Shown: positions 27,936 through 40,277 of the stretch, piece by piece
Layout: every line of letters begins with the position of its first letter
How positions within the stretch are numbered: position 1 is the stretch's first letter
Assembly (NCBI GenBank): GCA_951406725.2
Contig: OX597830.1
Coordinates: forward strand, 19,096,001 to 19,160,000
Direction of reading: 5' to 3'
Length of the DNA stretch: 64,000 nt
Source of the DNA: Octopus vulgaris
Lineage: Eukaryota
Translations under genes and position numbers: made by a program
The notes under the pieces: generated by a model
Told to the model about the DNA's origin: nothing
The model's database searches: none
Seen by the model: the letters and a program-made list of their open reading frames with translations, nothing else

Positions 27936-28119
27936 GTATATATATGTATACACATTCATACATATACATACACACACATATACATATATACACACACACA
28001 CATATATGCACCTATTCAAAACACATATAAATAGCCTCCCCTCACACACATATATATACATACATATGAATATAGATATACTTGTACATGTACATATACA
28101 TGCATATACACATACAAAT

Positions 28120-28172
<53 letters not shown>

Positions 28173-28389
28173 CACACACAAACACACGCACACACAAAAA
28201 CACACACACACATATATATACGTATATATGTGCACAAACATATGCATAACAAGCTATAGATAGCATCAGATAAATACAAACAACATGTACCCATGTATAC
28301 AAATATATATATATGCATACAATCAAATATATGATTATTCGTATATACATATACATGTACACATATAAATGGATACATATGAGTACAAA

Positions 28390-29040
28390 TATAGACACTT
28401 AATAAAATCTTCTAGACACATATTTAGAAAAGTGTTACAAGATAGAATGCTCACACGTCTTTCATTAAGCAATTTCTTCTTAGATGTTAATAGATTTAAT
28501 GTCCAAGGCAATTTGGTGAAAGGGAAAAAGGAGAAAGAAAGATATTAACAGAAAATCAAGAGTGGAGAAATATAGCGTGATAGATGAATTGGAATAAAGC
28601 TTAAAAGCATGGAAATAGATATATGTAGTGGAAATGAAATGTAAGAAGGTAGTTAAAGGTCAAATTTTATAGATTGGTAGAAATTACTTATAGGAACTAA
28701 AGGTATGTTTTTGCCAATGTTTATAATGATAAATGCATTCTTTAAACAAGAAAATTCTTTGAGAGCAGGATGAGAAATTGTTCGTCATTACAGAGCGGAC
28801 AAAAAGATTTACCTTTATCATATGGGAAGGATCTAGATAGAATATTCCATTTCATATCAATTTGTTTATTATGTTCCAAATTAATTTATTAATCCCAGTA
28901 GTTTTGTGTTTATTGATATGTCTAACTGTAGAGTAATTGTTAGATATTCTTTTCAACAAGTGAGATGATGGACTACCTATGTAAACAAGACATCAGAACC
29001 AGAAGTAATTTTCTCTCCTCTCTTCCTTTCTTCACTACCT
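28390..29040 (-). pseudogene. AT-rich Penelope-like GIY-YIG remnant
   Basis: Minus-strand fragments LVYIGSPSSHLLKRISNNYST and MKWNILSRSFPYDKGKSFCPLCNDEQFLIL. Confidence 0.6.
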
Positions 29041-29179
29041 TTATAATAAACAAATTTATATGAAGTGGAATATTCTATCTAGATCCTTCCCATATAATAA
29101 TGTTTCCCAAGGCCTCAGATTTTGGAGAACAGGTATAACTGATCAGATTGACTCCAGTACATAACATTGCTGGCGTTCT

Positions 29180-29445
29180 ATCACCATTTGAAACCCATAT
29201 CGGCTGTCCACAAGGGTGCCAACACATGCGAGACCAATAGGATCACTGCTGCAGAAGACCGCAGACAAGCCAGGGAGAACAGAGCTAACAACCCTGTAGC
29301 AGACACTACCATTCCCTGTCCACACTGTCAAAGACACTTTCGGGTGCAGATTGGCCTCACTAGCCATCTGCAGACTCACAAAACAAGCCCACCCCCACCA
29401 CAGGATGACTAGATGGTCTTCGTCGCATCGGTGGACAAACTACAT
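29180..29445 (+). pseudogene. RTE-clade LINE 3' end
   Basis: AEDRRQAR...CPHCQRHFRVQIGLTSHLQTH* is the C2H2-like C-terminus typical of RTE/BovB-like ORFs. Confidence 0.75.
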
Positions 29446-29671
29446 CGCTCCAAATAAAATGCAAGAACCTACATGCAGAAAATAGGAAAATATTTTGATA
29501 ATCATGTAATAAACTTCACTGCCATTACCATCATCATTGACATCATCTTCAACACCACCATCGTCACTTTCTCATCCTCCCCACCTCCATCTTCATTAAT
29601 ATAACCATCGTCATCAACGTCGTTACTATTATTGAGATGAAACAAAATATGGGCTGGAAACTTATACTCAC

Positions 29672-29775
29672 CGCCCACCTGTGAAACAATTTCCATTTAC
29701 TGCCCCAAACGTTGACATGGCCACAGAAATTGGTATTATAATGGCGGCAACCCCAAGAACTCGATCAGCCCATAA
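29672..29775 (-). CDS. SLC7A9: SLC7A9-like exon 6 (104 bp; TM8)
   Basis: ttccAG|TTATGG ... GGGCG|GTGAGT. LWADRVLGVAAIIIPISVAMSTFGAVNGNCFTGG(R). Not in the ORF track in this frame. Confidence 0.95.
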
Positions 29776-30524
29776 CTGGAAAAAAATAAGTATTCTTTAG
29801 AAATTTGCATCTTGAAGAATTTGTTTCATTTGTTTTTTGTTTTGTGTTTGACTGATTAATTAAAAAGAAGAACAAAAACAACATAGATCATATCCAAACC
29901 TTGTGGTGGGGTGCAGGAACTATCAGACCTGAACGTCATGTAAATAAATATAAACTTTGTAACTGTACATTTTAAAAAATTTATTACGGAAACAGACAGA
30001 CAACAGTAGATAGAGGAACAGGGATAAATTGATAGATAGACAGAGATGGATAGAGAGAGTGACTGATAAACAGAGATAGACTGACAGACAGACACAGAGA
30101 GAGAAGCTGAAAGACAGAGACAGACAGATAGGCAGACAGGTGGACAGACAGACAGATAGAGATAGATGAAAATAACCAGACCAACACAGATATAGAGGGT
30201 GTAGATTTACAGTTATCACATAGGCACTTTAAATTTCTTTTAAAACATTTTATTACATTTAAATTTCTATCTTACAATTAACTAAATTAGCATAGAATAA
30301 TGGGTTCATATTTTTTTTTAATTAAGATCTAAACTGTTAATATATGAATGTGAAAGAGATATTTGAATAATTGTAAACCTACTTTTGGGCCATCCTGTAT
30401 AGAGATAGAGGTAAACAAATAGAGACAGGTGGTCAGATGAACAGAAATACCCATACACTCTTTAGTTATTTCAGTTATTGGATTCTGGCCAGGCTGCTCA
30501 CTACCTTGAAGTGTTTCATCAATC

Positions 30525-30745
30525 AAATATTCTTTTCTACTCTAGGCACAAGGCCCGAAATTTTTGGGGTGGGGGCCAGCAGATTAGATCGACCCCAGTA
30601 CGCAACTGATACTTAATTTATTGACTCAGAAAGAACCAAAGGCAAAGTCAACCTTGGTGCAATTTGAACTCAGAATGTAAAGACAGATGAAATACCACTA
30701 AGCATTTCGTCCAGCATGCTAATGTTTCTGCCAGCTCACCGCCTT
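30525..30745 (-). mobile_element. SINE family A
   Basis: Reverse complement of the family A core. Confidence 0.75.
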
Positions 30746-31599
30746 TCCTCAATCAAATGTTATATTATGTATTATACTATTGGGATCTGTGGAAATTCCA
30801 CAGAACAAAAAAAGATAAGAGAAGCTATTTAAGAAAGAAAGGATGATTTTTAAATTTATTTTACCAAATTATTTCACTTCCTGTCCCAATAATACATTAT
30901 ATGATTTTAAAACTTCCCTCTGCTAAGAACTTCAAATTTCTATTCCTCTCTTCTTCAACAAACTTTTTAACCATGTAATTCCCCTCTTCATAACATTTCT
31001 CTCTTTCTCTTCACCTTTCCTTCCCCACCCTACAGTACATCATTACCACTTCTCTCTCCCACTTTTCTCTCATCTTTTTCTCTCACTCTTCACCTCTCCC
31101 TTCGACTAACCATGTGATGCATTTGACCTTAGTGTATTATACTCCTCTCTTCTTTCTTCTCTACTCACATTTCTTCTCCTGCCCCCTCTCACTTTTACTC
31201 CACCTTTCTAACTAACTAAAGTCTAATGGTCAAACAAACAAGCAAACTATTATTTAGATTGTATCATATTGAGCTACTAGATAACAGTTTTTAACTACTG
31301 TACAATCAATGGCTATGTCACCAATACCAGTAAATAACTGCCCAACATCAAAACCAACATTCACAGCTCTGAAATAGCAACCCATGTAAAACAGTGCCCC
31401 AAAGGTAACAGAGTTCTATGTAATTTGTTCATCCTGTTCTGTGTATCAGGTGCCAAGCACTGCATTACATTTTGTCATTGTGTTTTGATGTTCGAAATTA
31501 TTTTGATATTATGAGTGTCTCCACTTCCCCAATCTACATTTCATTGCTAGTCAATGGCTTAACATGGTACAGGTCTTTAAATTTCTTCATCAGTTTCTA

Positions 31600-32010
31600 G
31601 TAAGCCCTCTCAAATAGATCAAGTACTGATTTCACTACCCTCTTAGTCAATTAAACAACCCGTGTTCAAATCCTACCTCAACCTCTTTTAGTCACCTTTT
31701 ATGACATGCAGAGGAAATATAGATGCTCTTTGACATGCCAGTCAATATGAGAATATGGAAATACTTTTTGACATGCCAGTCTCCACATAGCACTAGAGAA
31801 ACTTGAAGTGTTTTGCTCAAGAACACGTGTCACCTGTTCCAGGAACTGAACCCGTAATCTAGCAATCATGCATGCAACACTCTTACCACTATGCCACGTG
31901 CTTTCACTATAACTGTTGCTAACTCTCACCCTCTTGTCAATACCCCTGTACATGGTTTGTACGGCTCTCACAAGCCATTCATTTACTTCCAGCTTCCTCA
32001 GTCCCCACAA
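31600..32010 (-). pseudogene. RTE-like LINE RT remnant interrupted by a SINE fragment
   Basis: WGLRKLEVNEWLVRAVQTMYRG..RVRVSNSYSE resembles RTE RT domain sequence. Confidence 0.6.
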
Positions 32011-32359
32011 GTTTACTGAGCAAAGGACTGTTGAATATTATTGATGAGAACAATGACAAGACAAAGTGAAAACAGAATGTAATGATAATTAGTTTGACAC
32101 AGAATGAGAGATAAGAAAAGTAAAGTGTTTTTAATATTTTGAGCTTACACTCATTTTCAGAAAGTCAGATGGAGGAAAGAAAAAATAAAGCAGGAGTATA
32201 TAAGCTTGGTATGTGAGTGCATGTGTGTATGTGTAAGGTGCCATACATCTTTGACTGGAGGCAGAGAAACTTAAAATGAAATGAATGGTGTAAATGCATT
32301 TATCCTCAATGTCAATACATTCAATATTTAGTTTGATAGGAAAGCAAAGAACAACATAC

Positions 32360-32483
32360 CCCACCGACTATAGCTGACTGTAAGAGCTCCCGTTTTGTCA
32401 TAACAGCCAGATATGAGACATTCGTCAGAAGATACAGAACGGTGACAAGGGGGATCCCAATTATTATTGCCAGCGGTAAATTT
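32360..32483 (-). CDS. SLC7A9: SLC7A9-like exon 5 (124 bp; TM7)
   Basis: attatAG|AAATTTA ... GGG|GTATGT. (R)[41 protein letters not shown]. Confidence 0.95.
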
Positions 32484-32572
32484 CTATAATGAAATATCAG
32501 AATACATACATTTTACAAAGGAAGAATAACTTACATTTTTTGGGCATGGAAATGTCTTGTGTGTATGTGTGT

Positions 32573-32625
<53 letters not shown>

Positions 32626-32626
32626 C

Positions 32627-33737
32627 ACGAGGGGTGGGGACTGAAAAGTTTCTGGCTTTGAAATCAGACCTAGACACAATGCAGCAGTGGATCATGGACT
32701 GGCAACTCAAGCTGGCTGTGGACAAATGTACCACCATGCATTTTGGGAGGAAAAACCCAGCATCTACTTACTCCTTCCACAACACTAATCTCAAAAAGTC
32801 TTCTTTTAAACGTGACCTGGGCATTAATGTTGACAGCGATTTGTGTTGGACAAAACATATTGCTAAAATTGCCAAGAAGGCTGAGGGTGTCTTGGCATCA
32901 CTCACCAAGTCCTTTGCGAGCCGCTCTCCAGCTATCTATCTGAGGCTTTATATAGCCATGGTGTGGCCTCACCTGGAATTTGCATCACCAGTCTGGAACT
33001 CTTATCTTGCCCAGGATATTAATCATCTGGAAACCATTCAGTGACGTGCAACCAAGGGAATACCCTCCATCAGGCATTTGCCATATTCTGAATGCCTTAC
33101 TTCCCTGGGCATGGATACATTGAAACTCCAACGTGTGGCAACTGACTTGGCACACACCCATAAAATTGTTAACTATCTTACAAACAATAACTCTGAGTAC
33201 CTTTTCAAACTCCACCTGTCTGACACCCATGGACATGCTTACAAAGTCAGAAAACAGCACAGCTCCCATGACTTTCGGAAACATTTATTTTACGCTAAGA
33301 GTTGCTGAAGTATGGAACAAACTGCCAGCATCAGTTGTTAGTTGTTGGAGCACTGCATCCTTCAAAACTTCCATGCTTCCTGAGATTCGCCAACACTACA
33401 CCTGATTTTCTCCCCTCCATACACACACAAGCATGTATCTGACTCATACACTGTTCACTTTCCAGACATTTGTACATTACTGCATATGCTTTATACACAC
33501 TTTTGACAAGTTGTGGTGCACCTGAGCACTGGATACAATAATTTCATTATTATCATTTGAAATAAAGGAGTATCAGTTAATTATGATTTTATCCAACATA
33601 CTCCCATCTCAGATTCACACACTTATTGCAGCAGTCCTTCAGTTTTTCTAACCTTGTAAAAGAACTCAGGAAGTTGGGCTTCCAGCCAGGCCTTTTGCGA
33701 TACCCTTAAAGCCAAGAAATTTTCAGCACACCCTTGT
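32627..33737. mobile_element. Mariner-type MITE split by a CR1 insertion
   Basis: Left end cgaggggtggggactgaaaagtttctggcttt and right end aaagccaagaaattttcagcacacccttg|ta. An uninterrupted relative is at about 45110-45320. Confidence 0.65.
32665..33555 (+). mobile_element. 5'-truncated CR1-clade LINE
   Basis: DLDTMQQW..WQL...DKC..MHFG, RDLGINVDSDL, LY...VWPHLEFASPVW, RVAEVWNKLP. Short (ATT) tail. Candidate TSD TTTGAAAT at 32657-32664 and 33556-33563. Confidence 0.85.
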
Positions 33738-33739
33738 AA

Positions 33740-33795
<56 letters not shown>

Positions 33796-34086
33796 GACTG
33801 AAACAAGTAAAAGAGTATATAATTGTTAAACAGGACAGCTAACATAAAGGCAAGGCAAACATCTCAAGTCATATACAGTATTATTATAGGAAGAAATTCA
33901 AAATCTTACAGCTGTTTCTGTGACATCTATCTCGTCAGGAAGTTTGCTTCCCAGCCAAATGGTTTCAGGTTCAGTCCCATTCTGTGGCACAGTGGGCAAG
34001 TGTTTTATATGATAGCCCCGGCCAGACCAAAGCCATGTGAGTGGGTTTCATAGCCAGAATATGAAAGCAGCCCATCATATATAAAT

Positions 34087-34151
<65 letters not shown>

Positions 34152-34372
34152 AATAAGAAAATGGAGAAGCACAATAGTTTCTTCATCAACTTTAGAGCAT
34201 TAAAATGTTAACTTATTTATTTATTAAAATGATAATTATAATAACATACATACATATAGCATATATATATATAGCATATATATATATATATGCTATATAT
34301 ATATATAAGTACTATATATATATATATAAGTACTATATATATATATATATAAGTACTATATATATATATATG

Positions 34373-34438
<66 letters not shown>

Positions 34439-34553
34439 GCATATATATATATATATGCTATATGTGTGTGTGTGTGTGTGTGTGTGACCGCATGTGTATC
34501 ATTGGCGATTTTCTTTCTCTGTCTTCCCTTCTTTGGACTTTTTCTTTTTTTCT

Positions 34554-34590
34554 ATATTTCTGACGAAGAGCTCTGCTCGAAACGTTAAAT
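34554..34590 (+). ncRNA. Minimal type I hammerhead ribozyme in a PLE terminal repeat
   Basis: AUUU-CUGACGA-A-GAGC ucu GCUC-GAAA-CG-UU-AAAU. Palindromic AACGUU replaces stem III. Confidence 0.7.
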
Positions 34591-34992
34591 CCTCCTTCTT
34601 TCTTTTCTTTCCTCAGCGTCCAAAAACACTATGATTATTCCATATCTTCACATTGTTGTGTTTTCTCTTTGCTCATGTTTAGATTAACTACATATATATA
34701 TATATGTAGCGGCACAAGCAGTCAGCCTCATATTGAAAAAATTACAAAAATCGATTCCAGGTGAGAATGCGATCGATAAAACCGTGGGAACGTGCATTTG
34801 TAAAATCGTTTTACTTAGAATAGAAAAAAAGTCTATCTTTATTTCTTCTTTTGCTGGTGTCTCAAATTTAGGTTAAATCAGTTTCTCAAAAGGGAGGCCT
34901 ATGGGACGGTCAGACAAGTTGTTTTGAGAAAATTTGGTTTAAATGTTTGACAACTCAGCACCATCCATTGGACGGGGTGGGGGCATTTTGCT

Positions 34993-35036
<44 letters not shown>

Positions 35037-35248
35037 CACACACACATATATACATACATGCACAGATGTGTGTATATACATGTTTATTTTACAGACGCTC
35101 TTATTCTACAAAGAATAAGAGCTTCTGTATCCTATGAAAAATTCTTAAATTAAAATTAACAAAAGAGAGAAACTGGTAAATTCTTAACATATCATATAAA
35201 GAAAATATAAAGAAAATCTCAAGTAGAAAATTTGCAGCCTGTACAAAC

Positions 35249-35293
35249 CTGTATGGATTTTTAAGTTCCTCTATGGCATAATTGAGGCTATTC
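35249..35293 (-). CDS. SLC7A9: SLC7A9-like exon 4 (45 bp)
   Basis: aaacAG|GAAT ... TACAG|GTTTGT. (W)NSLNYAIEELKNPY(R). Confidence 0.93.
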
Positions 35294-35942
35294 CTGTTTT
35301 GGGGGGAAAAAAGGAAAAGATAGAAAAAGTGGAGGTTATTAATAATTAATTTTGAGATAGACATAAATTATTTAATTTATAAATTATTTAATTATAGAGG
35401 CTCCTGTGCCTTTCAAGTATACATTTTTTCTCTTTGCTTTCTTTTGAGTTAAATCCTATTATGTTTTTGAAATTAAAGAATCATCCAAAACATGGGCTGA
35501 AAGTTTGGGACACACATCTGGCTGTACATTTGTACCCCCAATACATGGGGGCAAAGAAATACAAGAGTGACAATAAAAGATATCAGAAACGATGCCAATC
35601 TGTGGCTAGTCATCACTTTTGTATCACAGTATGGGTTAATAGTGAAAGCAGCCCTAATAAGAGGCTATATGTGGTTAGGAGGTATTAAAATGGGCTTCCA
35701 AGCACTCATAACCCTACAGTTCCATAATAGAACTGTGTACCAAAGGGCTTAAGATTGACAATACAGGGCCAAAAGCCTGGTTGAAACATGTGGCATAGTA
35801 AGAATCACTTCAGAGCCTCTTGTCTTGAAGAAGTAGGAAGACTAGGCAAAACACAAAAGATAAAGAGAAGGACAGGGAGAGAGAAATGGAAATAATGTAG
35901 ACCACCTGAGCAACAAATGCCAATCTAATAATAATAATAATA

Positions 35943-36013
<71 letters not shown>

Positions 36014-36014
<1 letters not shown>

Positions 36015-36571
36015 CATGCCCTGATTCAGTACCAGGCTGTGGCTCTCATGGCTACTGATCTTAACTGATTGGAAGTGTTATCATGTACATTGTTTTGTCT
36101 TTGTATAAAAGATGGGCTACAGCAAATATTCTGCTCAATACCACAGATTTGCTTGTCAGCTGTTTGACCTTAACCAGTTGTGCATGTCCCTTAGTGGCTG
36201 ATGATATGTGCATCTCTGATCACGAGCAGAAGTAGTGGGGGAGCATCATAGCCATGCGTTGAGAGGGATTCTTTGGGGTTTGAATAATTCACCTCTGGAA
36301 ACATGGGTGGTTTGTTCAACATCCTTAAACAACCCTTATTCAGGGACCTTTTGAGTGGGATGGGCTACTCAACCTGGAGAAAATTCTAACTGGGCCCCAC
36401 CTGCAGGGTCATGTCCTGTTTATCTTGATATGAGATCACCATGTCACGCACATATGGTTGTGATGCATGTGCCTGGTGTACCCTTATCAGATGGGTAGTC
36501 ATGATGGGTATATTGGGCTTCGTATATTTTACCCAAGTGTCACTTTGATGGCATGAACTGCTCTCTCACTC
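36014..36571 (+). mobile_element. Repeat embedded in (AAT)n tracts
   Basis: Bounded by (AAT)n on both sides. A partial reverse-complement copy is at about 8905-9075. Confidence 0.6.
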
Positions 36572-36719
36572 AATAATAATAATAATAACAATAGCAATGA
36601 TAATAATGATGATGGACTCTCCCATTGAAGATAACTTATGAGTGTTCAGCTTTTACTGAATGACCTGCACAAATGATCATAAGTACAGCACCCTAACCAC
36701 TAGGTCAATAATAATAATC

Positions 36720-37665
36720 TTTTCTGCTAGGCGAGGGGACTATTAGTTACATTGACTCCAGTGTTTCACTGGTATTTAATTTATTGACTCCGAGAGGAGA
36801 AAAGCAAAGTTGACCTCGGCAGAATTTTAACTCAGAATGGAACGACAGGCGAAACACTGCTAAGCATTTTGTCTAGCATGCCAATGATTCTGCCATCTCA
36901 TTACATAATGATAGTAATAATGATAACAATGATAATCCTTTCTACTAAGGCACAAGGCCTGAAATTGAGGGTGGTGGGGTCCAGTAGATTCGATCGACCC
37001 CAGTACGCAACTGGTAATTAATTTAACGACCCCGAAAGGATGAAAGGCAAAGTCAGCTGCAGTGGAATTTGCACTCAGAACCGAAGGACAAACAAAATGC
37101 TGCTAAGCGCATTCTACTGGGTCTACTAATGATTCTGGCAGCTTGCTGCCATATTAATAATAATAATAATAATAATAATAACAACAGCAACAATAACAAT
37201 GATAATAATTGTTATTAGTATCATTATCAATATTAAGGTGGGAAGCTAGCAGAAACATTAGCATGCCGGGCGAAATGCTTTGCGGTATTTCGTCTGCTGT
37301 TACGTTCTGAGTTCAAATTCTGCCGAAGTAGACTTTGCCTTTCATCCTTTCGGGGTCGATAAATCAAGTACCAGTTACGCACTAGGGTCAATGTAATCGA
37401 CTTAATCCACTTGTCTGTGCTTGTTTGTCCACTCTGTGTTTAGCCCCTTGTGGGTAGTAAAGGAATAGGTATTTCATCTGTCTTTACGCTCTGAGTTCAA
37501 ATTCCGCCGAGGATTACTTTGCCTTTCATCCTTTTGGAGTCAATAAATTAAGTACCGGTTACGCACTGGGGTTAATGTAATCGACTTAATTCCTTTGTCT
37601 GTTCTTGTTTGTCCCTTCTGTGTTTAGCCTCTTGTGGGCAGTAAAGAAATAAGAAACGTTAGCAT
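36720..37665. mobile_element. Cluster of SINE family A copies: two minus, then two plus
   Basis: Family A cores at about 36760 and 37000 (minus) and about 37310 and 37490 (plus). Confidence 0.75.
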
Positions 37666-38066
37666 ACTGATGATGGCAGTTATGATGATGAAGATGATGA
37701 TGATGATGATAATGTTAACAGTAACAACAATGATGATGATGATGATGATGATGATGTTTGTCTGATGGCACATCATCTTTATCTTTTCCTATTAACTTGT
37801 TTCAGTGATTGGACTGCAACCATACTGAGAGGCTGCCACCTTGAATGGTACAGTCAAACGAAAGGACCCCGGAAACTTACTTTCTTTTGTTTTTTTAGTC
37901 TGGTACTTATTCTATTGCTCTTGTTTGCCAAATTGCTAAGTTACAAGGATGTAAACAAAACAATACTGGTTGCCAAGTAACGACAGGGAGAGAACAAACA
38001 TAAAACATAAACACAAAAAACACACATAAACATAATAATGAATAAAACTAAGACAAAATTACTCAC

Positions 38067-38166
38067 CATCCCTCAAAAGCCCATAATCCATCATAAAATG
38101 CCAAAGCAATAACTGATCCCGAAGTCTCGGAACCTGTGAAACCCTCTGGGAGGTCATAGAATTCAC
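38067..38166 (-). CDS. SLC7A9: SLC7A9-like exon 3 (100 bp; TM6)
   Basis: cctttAG|GTGAA ... GGATG|GTGAGT. (G)EFYDLPEGFTGSETSGSVIALAFYDGLWAFEG(W). Not in the ORF track. Confidence 0.95.
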
Positions 38167-38237
38167 CTAAAGGATATAATAATAATCATAAAAAAAATTA
38201 TTAGCCCCACTGAGTGGTACCTTGGGCAAGTGTCTTC

Positions 38238-38347
38238 TGGTTCAGTCCCACTGTGTGGCACCTTGGGCAAGTGTCTTCTACTAGAACCTCGGGCCAACCA
38301 AAGCCTCGTGTGTGGAGTTGGTAGACGGAAACTGAAAGAAGGCCGTC

Positions 38348-38435
<88 letters not shown>

Positions 38436-38657
38436 GCGTGTATATGTTTGTGTGTCTGTGTTTGTCCCCCACCAACATCACTTGACAACTGATGCTGGTG
38501 TGTTTATGTCCCCATAACTTAGTGGTTCGGCAAAAGAGGCCGATAGAATAAGTACTAGGCTTACAAAGAATAAGTCCTGGGGTTGATTTGCTCAACTAAA
38601 GGTGGCACTCCAGCATGGCTACAGTCAGATGACTGAAACGAGTAAAAGAGTAAAAAG
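38238..38657 (+). mobile_element. SINE family B
   Basis: Family B body with internal (TA)n. Confidence 0.8.
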
Positions 38658-38889
38658 TGGTATTTGGCATATAATGACAGCACATGACCTAGTGGTTAGA
38701 GTGATGCACTCATGATCGCAAAATCATGGTTTCAATTCCTAGACTGGATGATGCAATGTGTTCTTGAACAAAACACTATCTCACATTGCTCTGCGATCAT
38801 TTTGCCACCTGATGTGTGGTACACAGTGCATGTGTCGAATTGATGGAAAGAGAGAGCTAATGCACAGCTCATACATTTGATCACTATAA

Positions 38890-39103
38890 CCCTTTCATTA
38901 CCAAATCAGCTGAAACCGGTTCTGGCTCTGTAGTACAAATGTCTTGTTTTTATAAGTTTTTAATCAAAATCTTCCATCAAGTCACAATTTATGTTCCTAA
39001 CACTAGCTTAATCATAACTAAGTTATTTTACGAAATTTTTTTTATATTTAGAATAATTGAAAGAAACACAGAGCACCTCAAAATAAATACAGTAACGAAA
39101 GGG
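38890..39103. mobile_element. Second piggyBac-like MITE family
   Basis: ATAA|CCCTTTCATTAC ... GTAACGAAAGGG|ATAA (degenerate TTAA-like TSD). Confidence 0.6.
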
Positions 39104-39498
39104 ATAAACAAATCATTTGTGCAAGTTATTCGGTGTGAGTGTGAGAGAGAGAGAGAGAGGAAGAGAGAGACAGACAGACAAGTTTTCATGCTGTTTCTGT
39201 CTATGAAAATTCAACTAGCTGGTTTTGCTTATTTTCTCGTGATCAGAGATGGGTTAACTTCATCAGATAGTGAACCCATCAAACAGGTGTGACTAGGTAC
39301 CACAATGTATTTTGTCCAATGTCCTAATGAGCCTTCTGATGCACACAAAATATATTTCAAGTTTTAAATAATGACACCTTTGTTGCTCTTGTCTTTTGTT
39401 GCGTTTTTTGCTTTAGTAAAGCCAATAGGAATGCTTTAATATATGTGTGTATATCATCATCATGATATATATACATATATTAAAGCCATTCCAATTGG

Positions 39499-39556
<58 letters not shown>

Positions 39557-39842
39557 CTGTGTATGTGTGTGTGTGTGTGTGTGTGTGTATATAAATTAGA
39601 ATAAAACCACCTTTTATCAATTCAACAATGAAAAAATTAAATTATACCGTTTAGAAAAAATCACATCTTATAGAAAAATTAAATATAAGATAAAACATAT
39701 ACAAATGATTAAGTAATATGCAAAATAATTTATAAAACGTATATATTTGGTAAAATAACTACACGTGTTATGTAATATTCATCACGAGATAAGTAACGTT
39801 TTTATTTAACAATATTATTTACCTTTTGAATTGTATTCTGTT

Positions 39843-40252
39843 TACTCTCTCTTTACTCTTTTACATGTTTCAGTCATTTGACTGCAGCCATGCTGGAGCA
39901 CCGCCTTTAGTCGAGCAACTCGACCCCGGGACTTATTCTTTGTAAGCCCAGTACTTATTATATCGGTCTCTTTTGCCGAACCGCTAAGTGACGGGGACGT
40001 AAACACACCAGCATCGGTTGTCAAGCAATGCTAGGGGTACAAACACAGACACACAAACGCATACACATACATATACATATATATATACATATATACAACA
40101 GGCTTCTTTCAGTTTCCGTCTACCAAATCCACTCACAAGGCATTGGTCGGCCCGGGGCTATAGCAGAAGACACTTGCCCAAGATGCCACGCAGTGGGACT
40201 GAACACGGAACCATGTGGTTGGTTAGCAAGCTACTTACCACACAGCCACTCT
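39843..40252 (-). mobile_element. SINE family B
   Basis: Full family B body. Confidence 0.85.
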
Positions 40253-40277
40253 TATTATTATCATTATTATTATTATT

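Noticed and set aside
33901-33922. Half-hammerhead GAAACAGCUGUAAGAU on the minus strand (similar at about 48140)
   Set aside because: The CUGANGA half and stem II are missing; it is a truncated relic only.
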